A stretch of DNA of 64,000 nt from Opitutales bacterium. Lineage in GTDB: Bacteria; Verrucomicrobiota; Verrucomicrobiia; Opitutales; UBA953. Position numbers and translations under genes: made by a program. The stretch covers positions 22,554-86,553 of the forward strand of contig JBBAUX010000005.1 of NCBI GenBank assembly GCA_040398005.1, read 5' to 3'. Position 1 is the first letter of the stretch. Each line of letters starts with the position of its first letter. This document shows positions 10,224-19,452 of the stretch, piece after piece. The notes under the pieces are model-generated. The model was not told where the DNA came from, did no database searches, and saw nothing but the letters and a program-made list of their open reading frames with translations.

Positions 10224-10639
10224 TAAGTAGTAGAAGAGGGTGGAATCATTTCAAAAGATGGGATGCGGACAAACACGCGCTCGCCGTCTTCGGTTTCACC
10301 GTGAAAGGCACCTTCGGCGGTGACCGGTTCGCCGGTGAGATGATAGCTGTTATAGGAAAACTGTTCGCCGGGCGGGATGGTGGGAGTTTGGCCGACGATG
10401 CCGTCGCCCTGAATCACCTCTGTCGAACCATCGCGATGGCGGATGATCCATTTACGTCCGAAAAATTTAACGGTATGGGGTGAAATATTATTAATAGTAA
10501 GAAAGTAAACGAAGGCGTGGGGCGTTTCGGGTGGAAAGTTGGGGTCGCGATGGTGAACCAGCTTATCGATGGTCACCCGTAGGCCGGGCAATTCCTTGGC
10601 GGAGGCTTCCACATTCAAAGACAAGAGGTTTAAGACCAT
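10223..10639 (-). CDS. apaG: ApaG domain protein (true start may be GTG at 10612)
   Basis: F.Y.LTI.N, R.WII, G.GIVGQTP.I.PGE.F.Y.S motif. Confidence 0.9.
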   Translation of the reverse strand: MVLNLLSLNVEASAKELPGLRVTIDKLVHHRDPNFPPETPHAFVYFLTINNISPHTVKFFGRKWIIRHRDGSTEVIQGDGIVGQTPTIPPGEQFSYNSYHLTGEPVTAEGAFHGETEDGERVFVRIPSFEMIPPSSTT

Positions 10640-10722
10640 TAAAGGAAGCCATAAATTTCCCGATTAACTAATAAATATCTTCCCTCCTTGCACCCCGTGC
10701 TTGGGTGGGTTGAATAAAAGTA

Positions 10723-13332
10723 ATGCAGGCTTTTGACCAAAGTAAGGCAAATCTTCGGCGAGTGCCCCCCAAATGGTGGATTGCTGTGACCTATGTTGTC
10801 TTGGTTCTTCTTTCCAATACGTTCCCTATTTTCAGTGCGGTTGAAAAGCAATCGAGCCAGAACCCGATTTTGGTTCCGGCTTTTGACTATAAAGACGACC
10901 GAGTAATTCCGACGGAAAAGCAAATTCCAATCCACGCCAACTTTTACGGATTCGATCAAAACAACAGCGCCGGTGATAAACCCGTTTTAGTGTATATCCA
11001 TCGCGTGCCTTGGGACAGCCGAGGAAATCAATTTTGTGCAGACCTTGCAAAGTCAGGAAAAGTTGCGGTTGTTGAACCCTATCTTCCCGGATTTGCCTCG
11101 TCTTACGGAAATGTTCCCAGTCACTCCATGGAGGCTAATGCTCATGTGGTTGCCGCGTTACTCGAACAAAAGGGAATAAAAAAATACCATTTATTAGGGC
11201 AAGGACTCGGCGGTGTCGCGGCGCTGGAATTAACTAATGTGCATCGTGGCCGAGTCGAATCGGTGACGTTGCTATCCGCTCCGGGGGTGCAAGCTTTCGA
11301 ATTACTCGGCAATCCTTTGGTTAATAAAATCGTTTACGGATTTCAAGGTGCCTTCTTTTGGGGTGTAGCCCGACTCACTCCTAATTTCGGTGCGGCGGAT
11401 TTACTGCCCTGGGATCGGGATTATGCGAAAACAGTTTTCGATACGGATTTATCGGAGAATAAAAGATTAATCGATGGGCTTAACCGTCCATTATTAATTA
11501 TTCACGGTGATAGGGATTTACTTACGCCGGTAGACGCCGCTAAGTACACCGCAAAATTAATACCGAGTGCGCGATTGAAAGTTTATCACGGCGGGCGCGA
11601 TGTGGTCTTTGAACAGAAAGAAGCGGTAGCTGGTGAGATTGTAGATTTCACAACGAATCTTCCAAAACTTGGTCCGCCACTGCCTCCATCAAATCCGCCC
11701 ATCCCTAATGCCATTGGTATGCATTATTGGATGCTGTTATTATTTATTATCGTTTGTACGTTTGTCGCAGAAGATCCCACCTGCTTGGCCTCGGGCTTAA
11801 TGGTTTCGGTGGGCATCATCGACTTTTGGTCCGCTACCGTGGCTTGTTTCGTGGGGATTTTTATCGGAGATATGACACTCTATATGATTGGACGAGTGTT
11901 CGGTCGTCAGGCCCTTGGTCGCGCGCCCTTTAAGTGGATTATCAAAGAACATAAAGTGAATCAGTGGGCGGGTTGGTTCTCTACGCCGAAGGGAATGTTG
12001 GTGGTCGTCAGTTCACGATTCGTTCCGGCCAGCCGTTTGCCTACGTTTATCACAGCGGGTATTATGAAATTAGATTTAATGCGCTTGGGCCTGCTTCTGA
12101 TGGTCGCGGCGCTGATTTGGACGCCTCCCCTTATTTGGCTTGGTTATAAATTCGGCGATGATGGTATGCGCTTGCTTCACAACTTTAAGAGTAACGCGGT
12201 TTGGATTATCGTCGGACTCTTACTTGCATTGCATGTCTTAACTCACTGGTTGGTGCCGGCGTTGACTTGGCGTGGGCGTCGACAGATTATCATGAAAGTG
12301 CGTGGCTTCCTTCAGCCTTCACTTTGGCCCAACTGGATTGTTTATTTGCCGATTCGGATTGGGATTATTTTCTTAACTTTGAGACACCGCAGCCTCACCG
12401 CTTTCGCTTCGGCCAATCCCTCCTTCGGGCGGATTGGTGGATTTATCGGTGATCCTAAATCTCTTTTATTAAGACCGTTCCAGCGCGATTCGCGATGCTG
12501 TCCCCATCTTGCTTTGTCCATGGAAGATAAGCTCGAAGAGCGATTAAAAGAAGCTCAAGCCTTCGCGGTTTGTCACGGCTATCCCTTGGTCTTTAAGCCC
12601 GAGGTTTCCGAAGACGGTGCGGGGCTTCGTTATATCAAAAACGATGAACAGTTAAATCGCTGGGTCGGTCATGCTAAAGAAGATTTTATTCTCCAGAAAT
12701 TCATCAGCGGTTTAGAGTTTGAAATCGTTTGGCGGAGAAATCCTGGACAGGACGACGGACATATTATGGCCATCGTACAGAAGAATGATATCGTGGTGAT
12801 GGGTGATGGGGAGCAAACCTTGGAAGAACTCATTTGGCTCGATGAGTTTGCCGTTTCCCGCGCAGAATTATTTATTCAGTGTCATGCACGCGATTTAAAT
12901 AAAGTCATTCCCGCCGGACAAAAAGTTATCTTAAATCTTTCAGGAAGTCACGGCCATGGCGCGCGCTGCTTACATCGCCCCGATTTAAATACACTGGCTC
13001 TCGAGCAAGCCCTCACTACGTTGGCTAAACGTTTTCCAGCCTTACACTATGCCCGATTCGATTTACGTGCTTCGACTGAGGAAGAATTGAAGGAGGGTCG
13101 ATTTGTAATGACGAGCGTAGGTGGCTGCTGTCACGTTTCTAGTCTGGTGCGCGACGAGTCTCTGCTCTTTCGCCGATCCTACTCCCAAGTCTGGCAGCAA
13201 CTTAAAGTCTGCTTAGAGGCAGGCGCTTATAATCTTAAACAGGATGTGCGTCCCGTGCGTTTAGATGAGTTGATGGCACGCTGGAGCCAGGCCAATGGCC
13301 GCTCTGATAATTTCGTGGTGAGCGAAGAGTAA
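10723..13332 (+). CDS. Multidomain membrane protein: alpha/beta-hydrolase fold + DedA/VTT + ATP-grasp-like domain
   Basis: Hydrolase fold (LPGFASS, LLGQGLGG, LIIHGDRD); DedA motifs (AEDPTC..G, GD..LY.IGR, SRFVPASRLPTFITAG); ATP-grasp-like C-terminus (ANPS..GGF.G..KS, YPLVFKPE, ILQKFI, RFDLR). Confidence 0.8.
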   Translation: MQAFDQSKANLRRVPPKWWIAVTYVVLVLLSNTFPIFSAVEKQSSQNPILVPAFDYKDDRVIPTEKQIPIHANFYGFDQNNSAGDKPVLVYIHRVPWDSRGNQFCADLAKSGKVAVVEPYLPGFASSYGNVPSHSMEANAHVVAALLEQKGIKKYHLLGQGLGGVAALELTNVHRGRVESVTLLSAPGVQAFELLGNPLVNKIVYGFQGAFFWGVARLTPNFGAADLLPWDRDYAKTVFDTDLSENKRLIDGLNRPLLIIHGDRDLLTPVDAAKYTAKLIPSARLKVYHGGRDVVFEQKEAVAGEIVDFTTNLPKLGPPLPPSNPPIPNAIGMHYWMLLLFIIVCTFVAEDPTCLASGLMVSVGIIDFWSATVACFVGIFIGDMTLYMIGRVFGRQALGRAPFKWIIKEHKVNQWAGWFSTPKGMLVVVSSRFVPASRLPTFITAGIMKLDLMRLGLLLMVAALIWTPPLIWLGYKFGDDGMRLLHNFKSNAVWIIVGLLLALHVLTHWLVPALTWRGRRQIIMKVRGFLQPSLWPNWIVYLPIRIGIIFLTLRHRSLTAFASANPSFGRIGGFIGDPKSLLLRPFQRDSRCCPHLALSMEDKLEERLKEAQAFAVCHGYPLVFKPEVSEDGAGLRYIKNDEQLNRWVGHAKEDFILQKFISGLEFEIVWRRNPGQDDGHIMAIVQKNDIVVMGDGEQTLEELIWLDEFAVSRAELFIQCHARDLNKVIPAGQKVILNLSGSHGHGARCLHRPDLNTLALEQALTTLAKRFPALHYARFDLRASTEEELKEGRFVMTSVGGCCHVSSLVRDESLLFRRSYSQVWQQLKVCLEAGAYNLKQDVRPVRLDELMARWSQANGRSDNFVVSEE

Positions 13333-13333
13333 T

Positions 13334-13933
13334 TTACCCGCGTGCCGTAAAGGCGTGGCAAAGAGCAATTGCGGCAGCATCAGATTCGTCCAAGGGTAAT
13401 TCACTGTGAAGATTCAGAATAGATTTAATCATTTTACCGACCTGTTCTTTGCTCGCACTGCCGTGTCCGGTAACGGCTAACTTGATACGTTTAGGGGCGT
13501 ATTCCTTAACATGAATATTGAGTCGAGCGAGGATACTTAAGGCCGCCCCACGCGAGGCACCCATGGCTTGGGCAGTCCGGAAATTTTGTACGTAAATGGT
13601 TTCTTCAATAGCCGCTTGATCTATTTTAAATTTCTCAGTCATACCTTCGACCGCTTCAGCGATTTTACCCAAGCATTCAATCGCCGTGAATTTAGGCTTA
13701 AGCTTCACCGTGGTGCTGGCTAATAATTGATAGGGCTCGGTTCGGGAATCAATGACCGCTAAGCCAGTTCCGCGGAGCGAAGGGTCGATTCCGAGAATGA
13801 TTCCCCGAACGCCACGATGTGAATTTTTCTCGACGGCTTTTTTGGTGCGAGGCGATTTGCTGGCCGATGGTGCAACGCGTGCTCCGCCCTTAAGGTGAGC
13901 TGTCCAAAGCGCGCGCGAAGATTTTCGAGCCAT
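13334..13933 (-). CDS. ruvC: Holliday junction resolvase
   Basis: ILGIDPS, AIEE, GASRG, GHGSASKEQV, DESDAAAIALCH. Confidence 0.96.
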   Translation of the reverse strand: MARKSSRALWTAHLKGGARVAPSASKSPRTKKAVEKNSHRGVRGIILGIDPSLRGTGLAVIDSRTEPYQLLASTTVKLKPKFTAIECLGKIAEAVEGMTEKFKIDQAAIEETIYVQNFRTAQAMGASRGAALSILARLNIHVKEYAPKRIKLAVTGHGSASKEQVGKMIKSILNLHSELPLDESDAAAIALCHAFTARG

Positions 13934-14018
13934 ACGTGAGGTTTAGATTCAATTAGTTTAAAAGCAAAGGGTAATTCTCGAGGTTGCTTATTTTGATTTT
14001 ATTAAAACTATTATCCCT

Positions 14019-14915
14019 ATGCGGTTAGGATCACTCTACTTATTGTTAGCACTCACTTTAGGGGCAGGTGAAGTGTCGGTGATTGTGCGGGAAGTTCCCG
14101 AAATGGACGCCTTTCAGCTGCAAACCTGCGCTAAAGTAGATAAGAAATTAGTGCCTGAATGTTCGGCGCTTTGGGCTAGTCAGCAAAACCCTGGAGTGTT
14201 TTGGACTCTTTCCGATTCAGGCAACAAACCAGAAATTATTCCGCTTCGCAGCGACGGAACTTTGGCTTGGGGTACTAAGGGTATTACCATTAAAGGTGCA
14301 AAAAATTACGATTGGGAAGCTCTGACGGGTGATGCGGAAGGTAACATGGTCGTGGCCGATGTGGGAAATAACATCTCTAACCGCCGTCAGTTGAACCTCT
14401 ATTTATTTAAAGAGCCTTCCGCTAAGAATCTAGAGGTAGCCGAGGTTAAAACGATTTCGTTTATTTGGCCCGATCAAAAAGAATTTCCTGATTCGGAATT
14501 AAAACATGACTGTGAATCGGTATTTAAAATCAGAGGTAATATTTATTTTTTAACTAAGCATCGCCGCGATACCTTCACCGAATTATGGCGCATCGATATT
14601 CCTAAATTAAATGAGCAGGCTCAATTAACGAAAATAGGTCAATTCGATGCGAAAGGCATGGTCACCGATGCTTCGGTTTCTCCTGATGGGAAGAGTTTGG
14701 CCATTTTAACCTATCGTGCGGTTTGGGTAATCACATTACCTGTCACTGGCGAAAATATCTTTGATGGTTCAATGGTCTATGCACCGCTCTCGCCCCCTGT
14801 ACTTTCTTGGCAGATTGAAGGCTGTGCGTGGTTAGACGCTCAAACTTTATTGGTGGGCTCGGAGCAACGTGACCTATTTAAGATACCGCTCAGTGCTTTG
14901 AAGCCCGTAAAATAA
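14019..14915 (+). CDS. Secreted beta-propeller protein of unknown function
   Basis: Signal peptide; ECSAL, WTLSDSGN, DWEAL, ADVGNN and DCES acidic motifs of an uncharacterised secreted propeller family. Confidence 0.6.
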   Translation: MRLGSLYLLLALTLGAGEVSVIVREVPEMDAFQLQTCAKVDKKLVPECSALWASQQNPGVFWTLSDSGNKPEIIPLRSDGTLAWGTKGITIKGAKNYDWEALTGDAEGNMVVADVGNNISNRRQLNLYLFKEPSAKNLEVAEVKTISFIWPDQKEFPDSELKHDCESVFKIRGNIYFLTKHRRDTFTELWRIDIPKLNEQAQLTKIGQFDAKGMVTDASVSPDGKSLAILTYRAVWVITLPVTGENIFDGSMVYAPLSPPVLSWQIEGCAWLDAQTLLVGSEQRDLFKIPLSALKPVK

Positions 14916-14948
14916 AAAGAACGAAGACCCGAGAGTCTTCGTTCTTTT
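14915..14948. terminator. Bidirectional rho-independent terminator
   Basis: Perfect 14-bp inverted repeat AAAAGAACGAAGAC-ccgaga-GTCTTCGTTCTTTT between convergent genes. Confidence 0.9.
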
Positions 14949-14969
14949 ATTCAGAACAGTGTTTAAGAC

Positions 14970-16964
14970 TTAGAGGGCTTTCGCAGCAGCGACCACCGCT
15001 TCTTTAGTCATACCACATTCCTTCATGGCGATATCACCAGGGGCGCTTAATCCGAAACGATCAGTGCCGAGGGCCTTGCCAGTGAGGCCAACGTAGCGAC
15101 CCCAAGAAATAGTTACACCCGCTTCAATGCTGACGCGTTTAGCGCAGCTCGAAGGAAGAACTTCTTCTTGGTAGGACTTAGATTGGCGAGCAAAGGCTTC
15201 CATGGAAGGCATGGAAACAACCCGAACGCCGGCACCTAATTCTTCAGCAGCGGCGAGAGCGAGTTGGAGTTCGCTACCTGTACCGATGAGAATGTGAGTC
15301 AGGGCTGCGGTTTCTTTGCGTGCGATGTAAGCACCTTTGAGTGTGCCTTGGCGACGCGTCGAAACAGGAATGCTGTCGAGCGATGGAACATTTTGACGGG
15401 AGAGAATGAGGGCAACGGGACCATCGCGACGAGCGACGGCGTGAGCGAAGGCGGCAGCGGTTTCTTCAGCATCGGCTGGACGCATGACATCGAGATTGGG
15501 AATACAACGCAGGGCGCTGACTGTTTCTACCGGTTGGTGGGTAGGTCCGTCTTCACCGACACCGACGGAGTCGTGAGTGAAGATATAGAAAGCTTGAAGT
15601 TTTGCTAAGGCAGCAATGCGAATCGCCGGGCGGAGGTAATCGGAGAACGTGAGGAAGGTTGCGCCGGATCCTTTAAAGATTCCGTGATAAGCGATACCAT
15701 TGACGATGGCGCCCATGGCGTGTTCCCGAATTCCGAAGTAGAGATTACGGCCCGCGGGCGTGGCGATGTCGAAGTCACCGACATCTTTAATATAATTCTT
15801 GGTTGAGCCGTGTAAATCGGCTGAGCCTGATAAAACGAGAGGGGAGGCTTTAGCGACAGCGTTGATGCATGTTTCACCCGATACGCGAGTAGCTAAGGCG
15901 TTTTTGCCGAACTCAGGAATTGCGGCGAGGAGGGAAGCGACATCGCCGTGATCACCGGCTTGAGCTTTTTTAAGTAAATCGGCTTTCGCTGGATTCACAG
16001 CAGCCCATGCCGCAAAAGTTTTTTGCCATTGTGCGTATTCAGCGGCTTGGGTGACTTTGCGAGCGGCGAAGAATTTTTTAGTTTCTGGTGAAACGAAGAA
16101 TTTTTCTTCGGGCAGTCCGATCAGTTTACGAGCTGCGTCGATAAACTTTACGCCGGCTTCGCCGTGACCTTTGGCGGTGCCTTCAACTTCAGCGATTCCT
16201 TTCGCGATGACTGTTTTACAGATAATTAATTTAGGTTTACCGCTTTTGCTGGCGCGGGCTTTGTCGAGCGCTTCAGCAATATGGGCTAATTCATTGCCTT
16301 GTTTGACCATGAAGACTTCCCAGTTCGCGGCTTCGTAGCGTTTAAAGGTGTCTTCATTCTGAGTTTTTGAAGCCATCGCATCCAAGGTAACGTCATTGGA
16401 ATCATAAAGCATAATGATGTTATCGAGACCGAAACGTCCGGCGAATGAAGCGGCTTCGTGCGAGATACCTTCTTGTAAGCAACCGTCGCCGGCGAGACCA
16501 ACGATGAAGTGATTGAAGAGGGTGTGTTCAGGAGTATTGAAATGAGCGGCGGCCATTTTGGCAGCGACAGCCATACCCACAATATTTCCAGTACCTTGTC
16601 CGAGAGGACCGGTGGTCGCTTCAACGCCGACGGTTTCACCGAATTCAGGGTGACCAGGAGTTTTGCTGTGGAGTTTGCGGAAAGCTTTTACTTCTTCGAG
16701 AGGGAGATCAAATCCTGCGAGGTGTAACCAGCTGTAGAGGAACATTGAGCCGTGACCTGCGGAGAGCACGAAGCGATCACGATTAATCCACAGAGGTTCG
16801 GCAGGATTGTGCTTTAAAAAGTTTCCGTAAAGAACGGCGCCAATTTCGGCGGAGCCCAAAGGAAGGCCGAGGTGTCCAGAGTGACAGGCGGCGACGGCGT
16901 CCATGGAAAGTCCGCGGGACTCAGTGGCGGCGCGGGAAAGGTCGGTTGTGTTGTGGAGCGACAT
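14970..16964 (-). CDS. tkt: Transketolase
   Basis: [55 protein letters not shown]. Confidence 0.98.
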   Translation of the reverse strand: MSLHNTTDLSRAATESRGLSMDAVAACHSGHLGLPLGSAEIGAVLYGNFLKHNPAEPLWINRDRFVLSAGHGSMFLYSWLHLAGFDLPLEEVKAFRKLHSKTPGHPEFGETVGVEATTGPLGQGTGNIVGMAVAAKMAAAHFNTPEHTLFNHFIVGLAGDGCLQEGISHEAASFAGRFGLDNIIMLYDSNDVTLDAMASKTQNEDTFKRYEAANWEVFMVKQGNELAHIAEALDKARASKSGKPKLIICKTVIAKGIAEVEGTAKGHGEAGVKFIDAARKLIGLPEEKFFVSPETKKFFAARKVTQAAEYAQWQKTFAAWAAVNPAKADLLKKAQAGDHGDVASLLAAIPEFGKNALATRVSGETCINAVAKASPLVLSGSADLHGSTKNYIKDVGDFDIATPAGRNLYFGIREHAMGAIVNGIAYHGIFKGSGATFLTFSDYLRPAIRIAALAKLQAFYIFTHDSVGVGEDGPTHQPVETVSALRCIPNLDVMRPADAEETAAAFAHAVARRDGPVALILSRQNVPSLDSIPVSTRRQGTLKGAYIARKETAALTHILIGTGSELQLALAAAEELGAGVRVVSMPSMEAFARQSKSYQEEVLPSSCAKRVSIEAGVTISWGRYVGLTGKALGTDRFGLSAPGDIAMKECGMTKEAVVAAAKAL

Positions 16965-17041
16965 AATGCCCTATGCGTAAGGATAACGGCTTCAATATTC
17001 CAGCCTTGAATGCAGGCCCAAGTATCTTCTTTATGCTTAAT

Positions 17042-17452
17042 ATGTCCGATAAAGAACTAGAAGAGGGGTCAACCCTGCGTTTGGACTTCAAAAAACTCCG
17101 AAAAATCGGCTCGGGGCAGGAAGATGTGATTCCGGCCATCGCCCAGGACGCTCAAACGGGCGAGGTGCTTATTTTAGGTTACGTTAATGAGTTGGCTCTA
17201 AAAACTGCGCTCAAGGAAAAGAAGGCGACGTTCTGGAGTACTTCAAGAAACGAACTTTGGATCAAGGGACTGACGTCGGGAGATTTTTTAGAATTATTAG
17301 AAGTCCGTGTGAACTGTGAGCAGAATTCGATTCTCTATAAAGTCCGTCCAGCGGGAAAGGGCGCATGCCACACGAAAGATGAACAAGGCAAAACACGTTC
17401 GGCTTGTTACTACCGTCGATTAAAAGCGGATGGCGGATTAGAGTCTGTTTAA
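17042..17452 (+). CDS. hisI: Phosphoribosyl-AMP cyclohydrolase
   Basis: PAIAQD, FWSTSRNELWIKG.TSG, NCEQN, ACHT and ACYY motifs; start moved to ATG 17042. Confidence 0.93.
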   Translation: MSDKELEEGSTLRLDFKKLRKIGSGQEDVIPAIAQDAQTGEVLILGYVNELALKTALKEKKATFWSTSRNELWIKGLTSGDFLELLEVRVNCEQNSILYKVRPAGKGACHTKDEQGKTRSACYYRRLKADGGLESV

Positions 17453-17490
17453 TTTTCTTAAGCAGTTAGCCATCGATTTTATTTAAGCAC

Positions 17491-17516
17491 AAAAAAGGGG
17501 CGCCGAAAGGCGCCCC
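17491..17516 (-). terminator. Rho-independent terminator of the RRM gene
   Basis: GGGGCGCC-GAAA-GGCGCCCC stem followed by a T6 tract on the minus strand. Confidence 0.9.
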
Positions 17517-17542
17517 GAAGAGTGTAGCATTGAATCCGGGGT

Positions 17543-18019
17543 TTAGTAACCGCCACGATCGCCGCCGCCGAAGCCGCCACGATCGCCGCCGAAACCACCA
17601 CGTCCGCCGCCGCCGCCGCCGCCGAAGCCGCCGCGACCACCGCCGCCGCCGCCGAAGCCGCCACGACGTTCACCGCCGCCTGCGCCGCCGCCGAAGCCGC
17701 CGCGTCCAGCACCACCACCGAATCCGCCACGACGTTCGCCGCCACCGAAGCCACCGCCCGCAGGGCGTTCTTCACGTGGACGGGCAACATTCACCTTCAG
17801 GGGACGACCCATGAAGTCGATGTTCTCAGTCTTAGCGATCGCATCCTGGGCTTGCTGTGCATTGCCCATGGTTACGAAGGCGAAGCCACGAGGACGACCT
17901 GTGAACTTATCCATCATTACTTCCACGCTTGTCACTTCGCCCGCTTGGGAGAAATGTGCGCGGATGTCGGATTCTGTAGCAGCCCAAGGTAGGTTGCCTA
18001 CGAATAACTTATTTTCCAT
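17543..18019 (-). CDS. RRM (RNP-1) RNA-binding protein with Gly-rich RGG tail
   Basis: RNP2 LFVGNL, RNP1 RGFAFVTM, GRPLKVNVARPRE, then repeated RGGFGGG. Confidence 0.95.
   Translation of the reverse strand: MENKLFVGNLPWAATESDIRAHFSQAGEVTSVEVMMDKFTGRPRGFAFVTMGNAQQAQDAIAKTENIDFMGRPLKVNVARPREERPAGGGFGGGERRGGFGGGAGRGGFGGGAGGGERRGGFGGGGGGRGGFGGGGGGGRGGFGGDRGGFGGGDRGGY
17546..17760 (-). repeat. Low-complexity Gly-codon repeat encoding the RGG[F/Y] tail, including (CCG)7 at 17604-17624
   Basis: Seen directly: tandem CCG/GCC runs interspersed with GAAG/GAAA. Confidence 0.9.
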
Positions 18020-18231
18020 ATATGTTGTTTTCTGTTTTATGACCTTCACCGCATTCCCCGTTTCCTTCTTGGATTTCGATTTGCCGTCTTGACGACCGTC
18101 AACTCACCGGATTCTTGCGGGGCATTGTTCTTGGTTTGGTTATTTTCAGAACAAGCCTGACCCAAAGAGAGACTCTTTATGGGGCATTCTGCAAGTTTAT
18201 TCACAATAGGGTCTATTCCTTAGGCAAACCG

Positions 18232-18259
18232 TTGACAGTTTAAGGGCTTTTTTTATGAT
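18232..18259 (+). promoter_or_regulatory. Sigma70-type promoter of phhB-udg
   Basis: TTGACA(18232)-16 bp-TATGAT(18254); ATG at 18267. Confidence 0.7.
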
Positions 18260-18266
18260 TAATCGG

Positions 18267-18554
18267 ATGTCCACTCCCTTAGATTTAGATCAAATTAAGC
18301 TGGCCTTGAGCAGTCTAAAACACTGGAGATTTGAAGACGATAAGTTGTTGATGGATATTAAGTTAAAGAACTTTTCCGAAGCCCTATCTTTCTTGGTAAA
18401 AGTGGGTATTGAGGCCGAAAAGCTCAACCATCACCCGGAAATTTATAATATTTATGATAAGGTGACCCTGAAACTGACTACTCATGATGCTGGCAACAAG
18501 GTGACGCAGAAGGATATCGTCTTGGCTCGGGCAATTGAGAACCTCGTCCCCTAA
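18267..18554 (+). CDS. phhB: Pterin-4-alpha-carbinolamine dehydratase
   Basis: AEKLNHHPE and LTTHDAG..T.KD..LA motifs. Confidence 0.93.
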   Translation: MSTPLDLDQIKLALSSLKHWRFEDDKLLMDIKLKNFSEALSFLVKVGIEAEKLNHHPEIYNIYDKVTLKLTTHDAGNKVTQKDIVLARAIENLVP

Positions 18555-19450
18555 TGGATCCTGCGCAAGCCATCGATGCTCTCTTAGAAGAATTATATAG
18601 GCAGAAAGCTGCTGGGGTAAAACGTGTCAGTGTCTCCGACGAAAGCGTTGCCCTCTTAAAAGAATTAGCGGGCGGAGCTGCGGTCGCCGTTGCCCCGAAG
18701 TTCACTGCTCCCGCTACCATCGCGCCCGTGGTGAAGCCCGTGACTCGTCCAGCAACTTCGGCCGTAAAAAATGAGGGAACGATTATTGTTTCTATTCCGT
18801 TGCCCGTTCCACCCGTCGTTAAATTACCTTCCGGCACCAAAGCGGAACAATTACTTTGGTTGCAAAAAACCATCGCTACGTGCGAGGTGACCCAGAAACA
18901 TCTCGAAGGTAAAAAAGCACTTTTCGGTCGCGGATCAGAAAGCGCCAAAGTTTTTTTTGTGGGTGAGGCGCCGTCCCTAGAAGAAGTAGAAGCGAACCGT
19001 TCGTTTGTGGGTCCAGGGGGTGAATTACTTAGCAAAATTATTTCAGCAACCGGCCTGACCGAAACAGAATGTTACTTTGCTAATTTAATGACTTGGCGTC
19101 CCAAGCCCCCGACGGCGTTTGGTAAACGGCCACCCAATGCTTCCGAGGTCGCCTTTAATCGCCCGTATTTATTGGCTCAAATTGAGATTATTAAACCGCA
19201 AATGATTGTGGCCGTGGGAGCGCAAGCCTTTGGTGCGCTCACGCATTTAACGACGCCCATCATGCAAATTCGCGGACAGTGGCAGAAGGTCGATGGTCTA
19301 GAAGTTTTACCAACCCTGCACCCCAACTATTTATTACACAGTCCGAGTCTTTCTAATAAGCGTTTGGTCTGGGAAGACTTCATGCAAATCATGACGAAAC
19401 TTGGCATGCCGATTTCCGATAAACAGCAGGCCTACTTTTTAAGTGCGTAA
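18554..19450 (+). CDS. Uracil-DNA glycosylase family 4-like, with N-terminal extension
   Basis: FVGEAPS..E, FVGPGGELL, YL..QI.IIKP, VGA.A, PTLHP; TAATG coupling to phhB. Confidence 0.9.
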   Translation: MDPAQAIDALLEELYRQKAAGVKRVSVSDESVALLKELAGGAAVAVAPKFTAPATIAPVVKPVTRPATSAVKNEGTIIVSIPLPVPPVVKLPSGTKAEQLLWLQKTIATCEVTQKHLEGKKALFGRGSESAKVFFVGEAPSLEEVEANRSFVGPGGELLSKIISATGLTETECYFANLMTWRPKPPTAFGKRPPNASEVAFNRPYLLAQIEIIKPQMIVAVGAQAFGALTHLTTPIMQIRGQWQKVDGLEVLPTLHPNYLLHSPSLSNKRLVWEDFMQIMTKLGMPISDKQQAYFLSA

Positions 19451-19452
19451 AC

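Noticed and set aside
10639..10959. 106-aa minus-strand ORF abutting apaG
   Set aside because: Largely antisense to the start of the 869-aa gene, with no recognisable motifs
17479..17814. Ala-rich (17479-17790) and Arg/His-rich (17530-17814) ORFs
   Set aside because: Alternative-frame shadows of the Gly-codon repeat in the RRM gene
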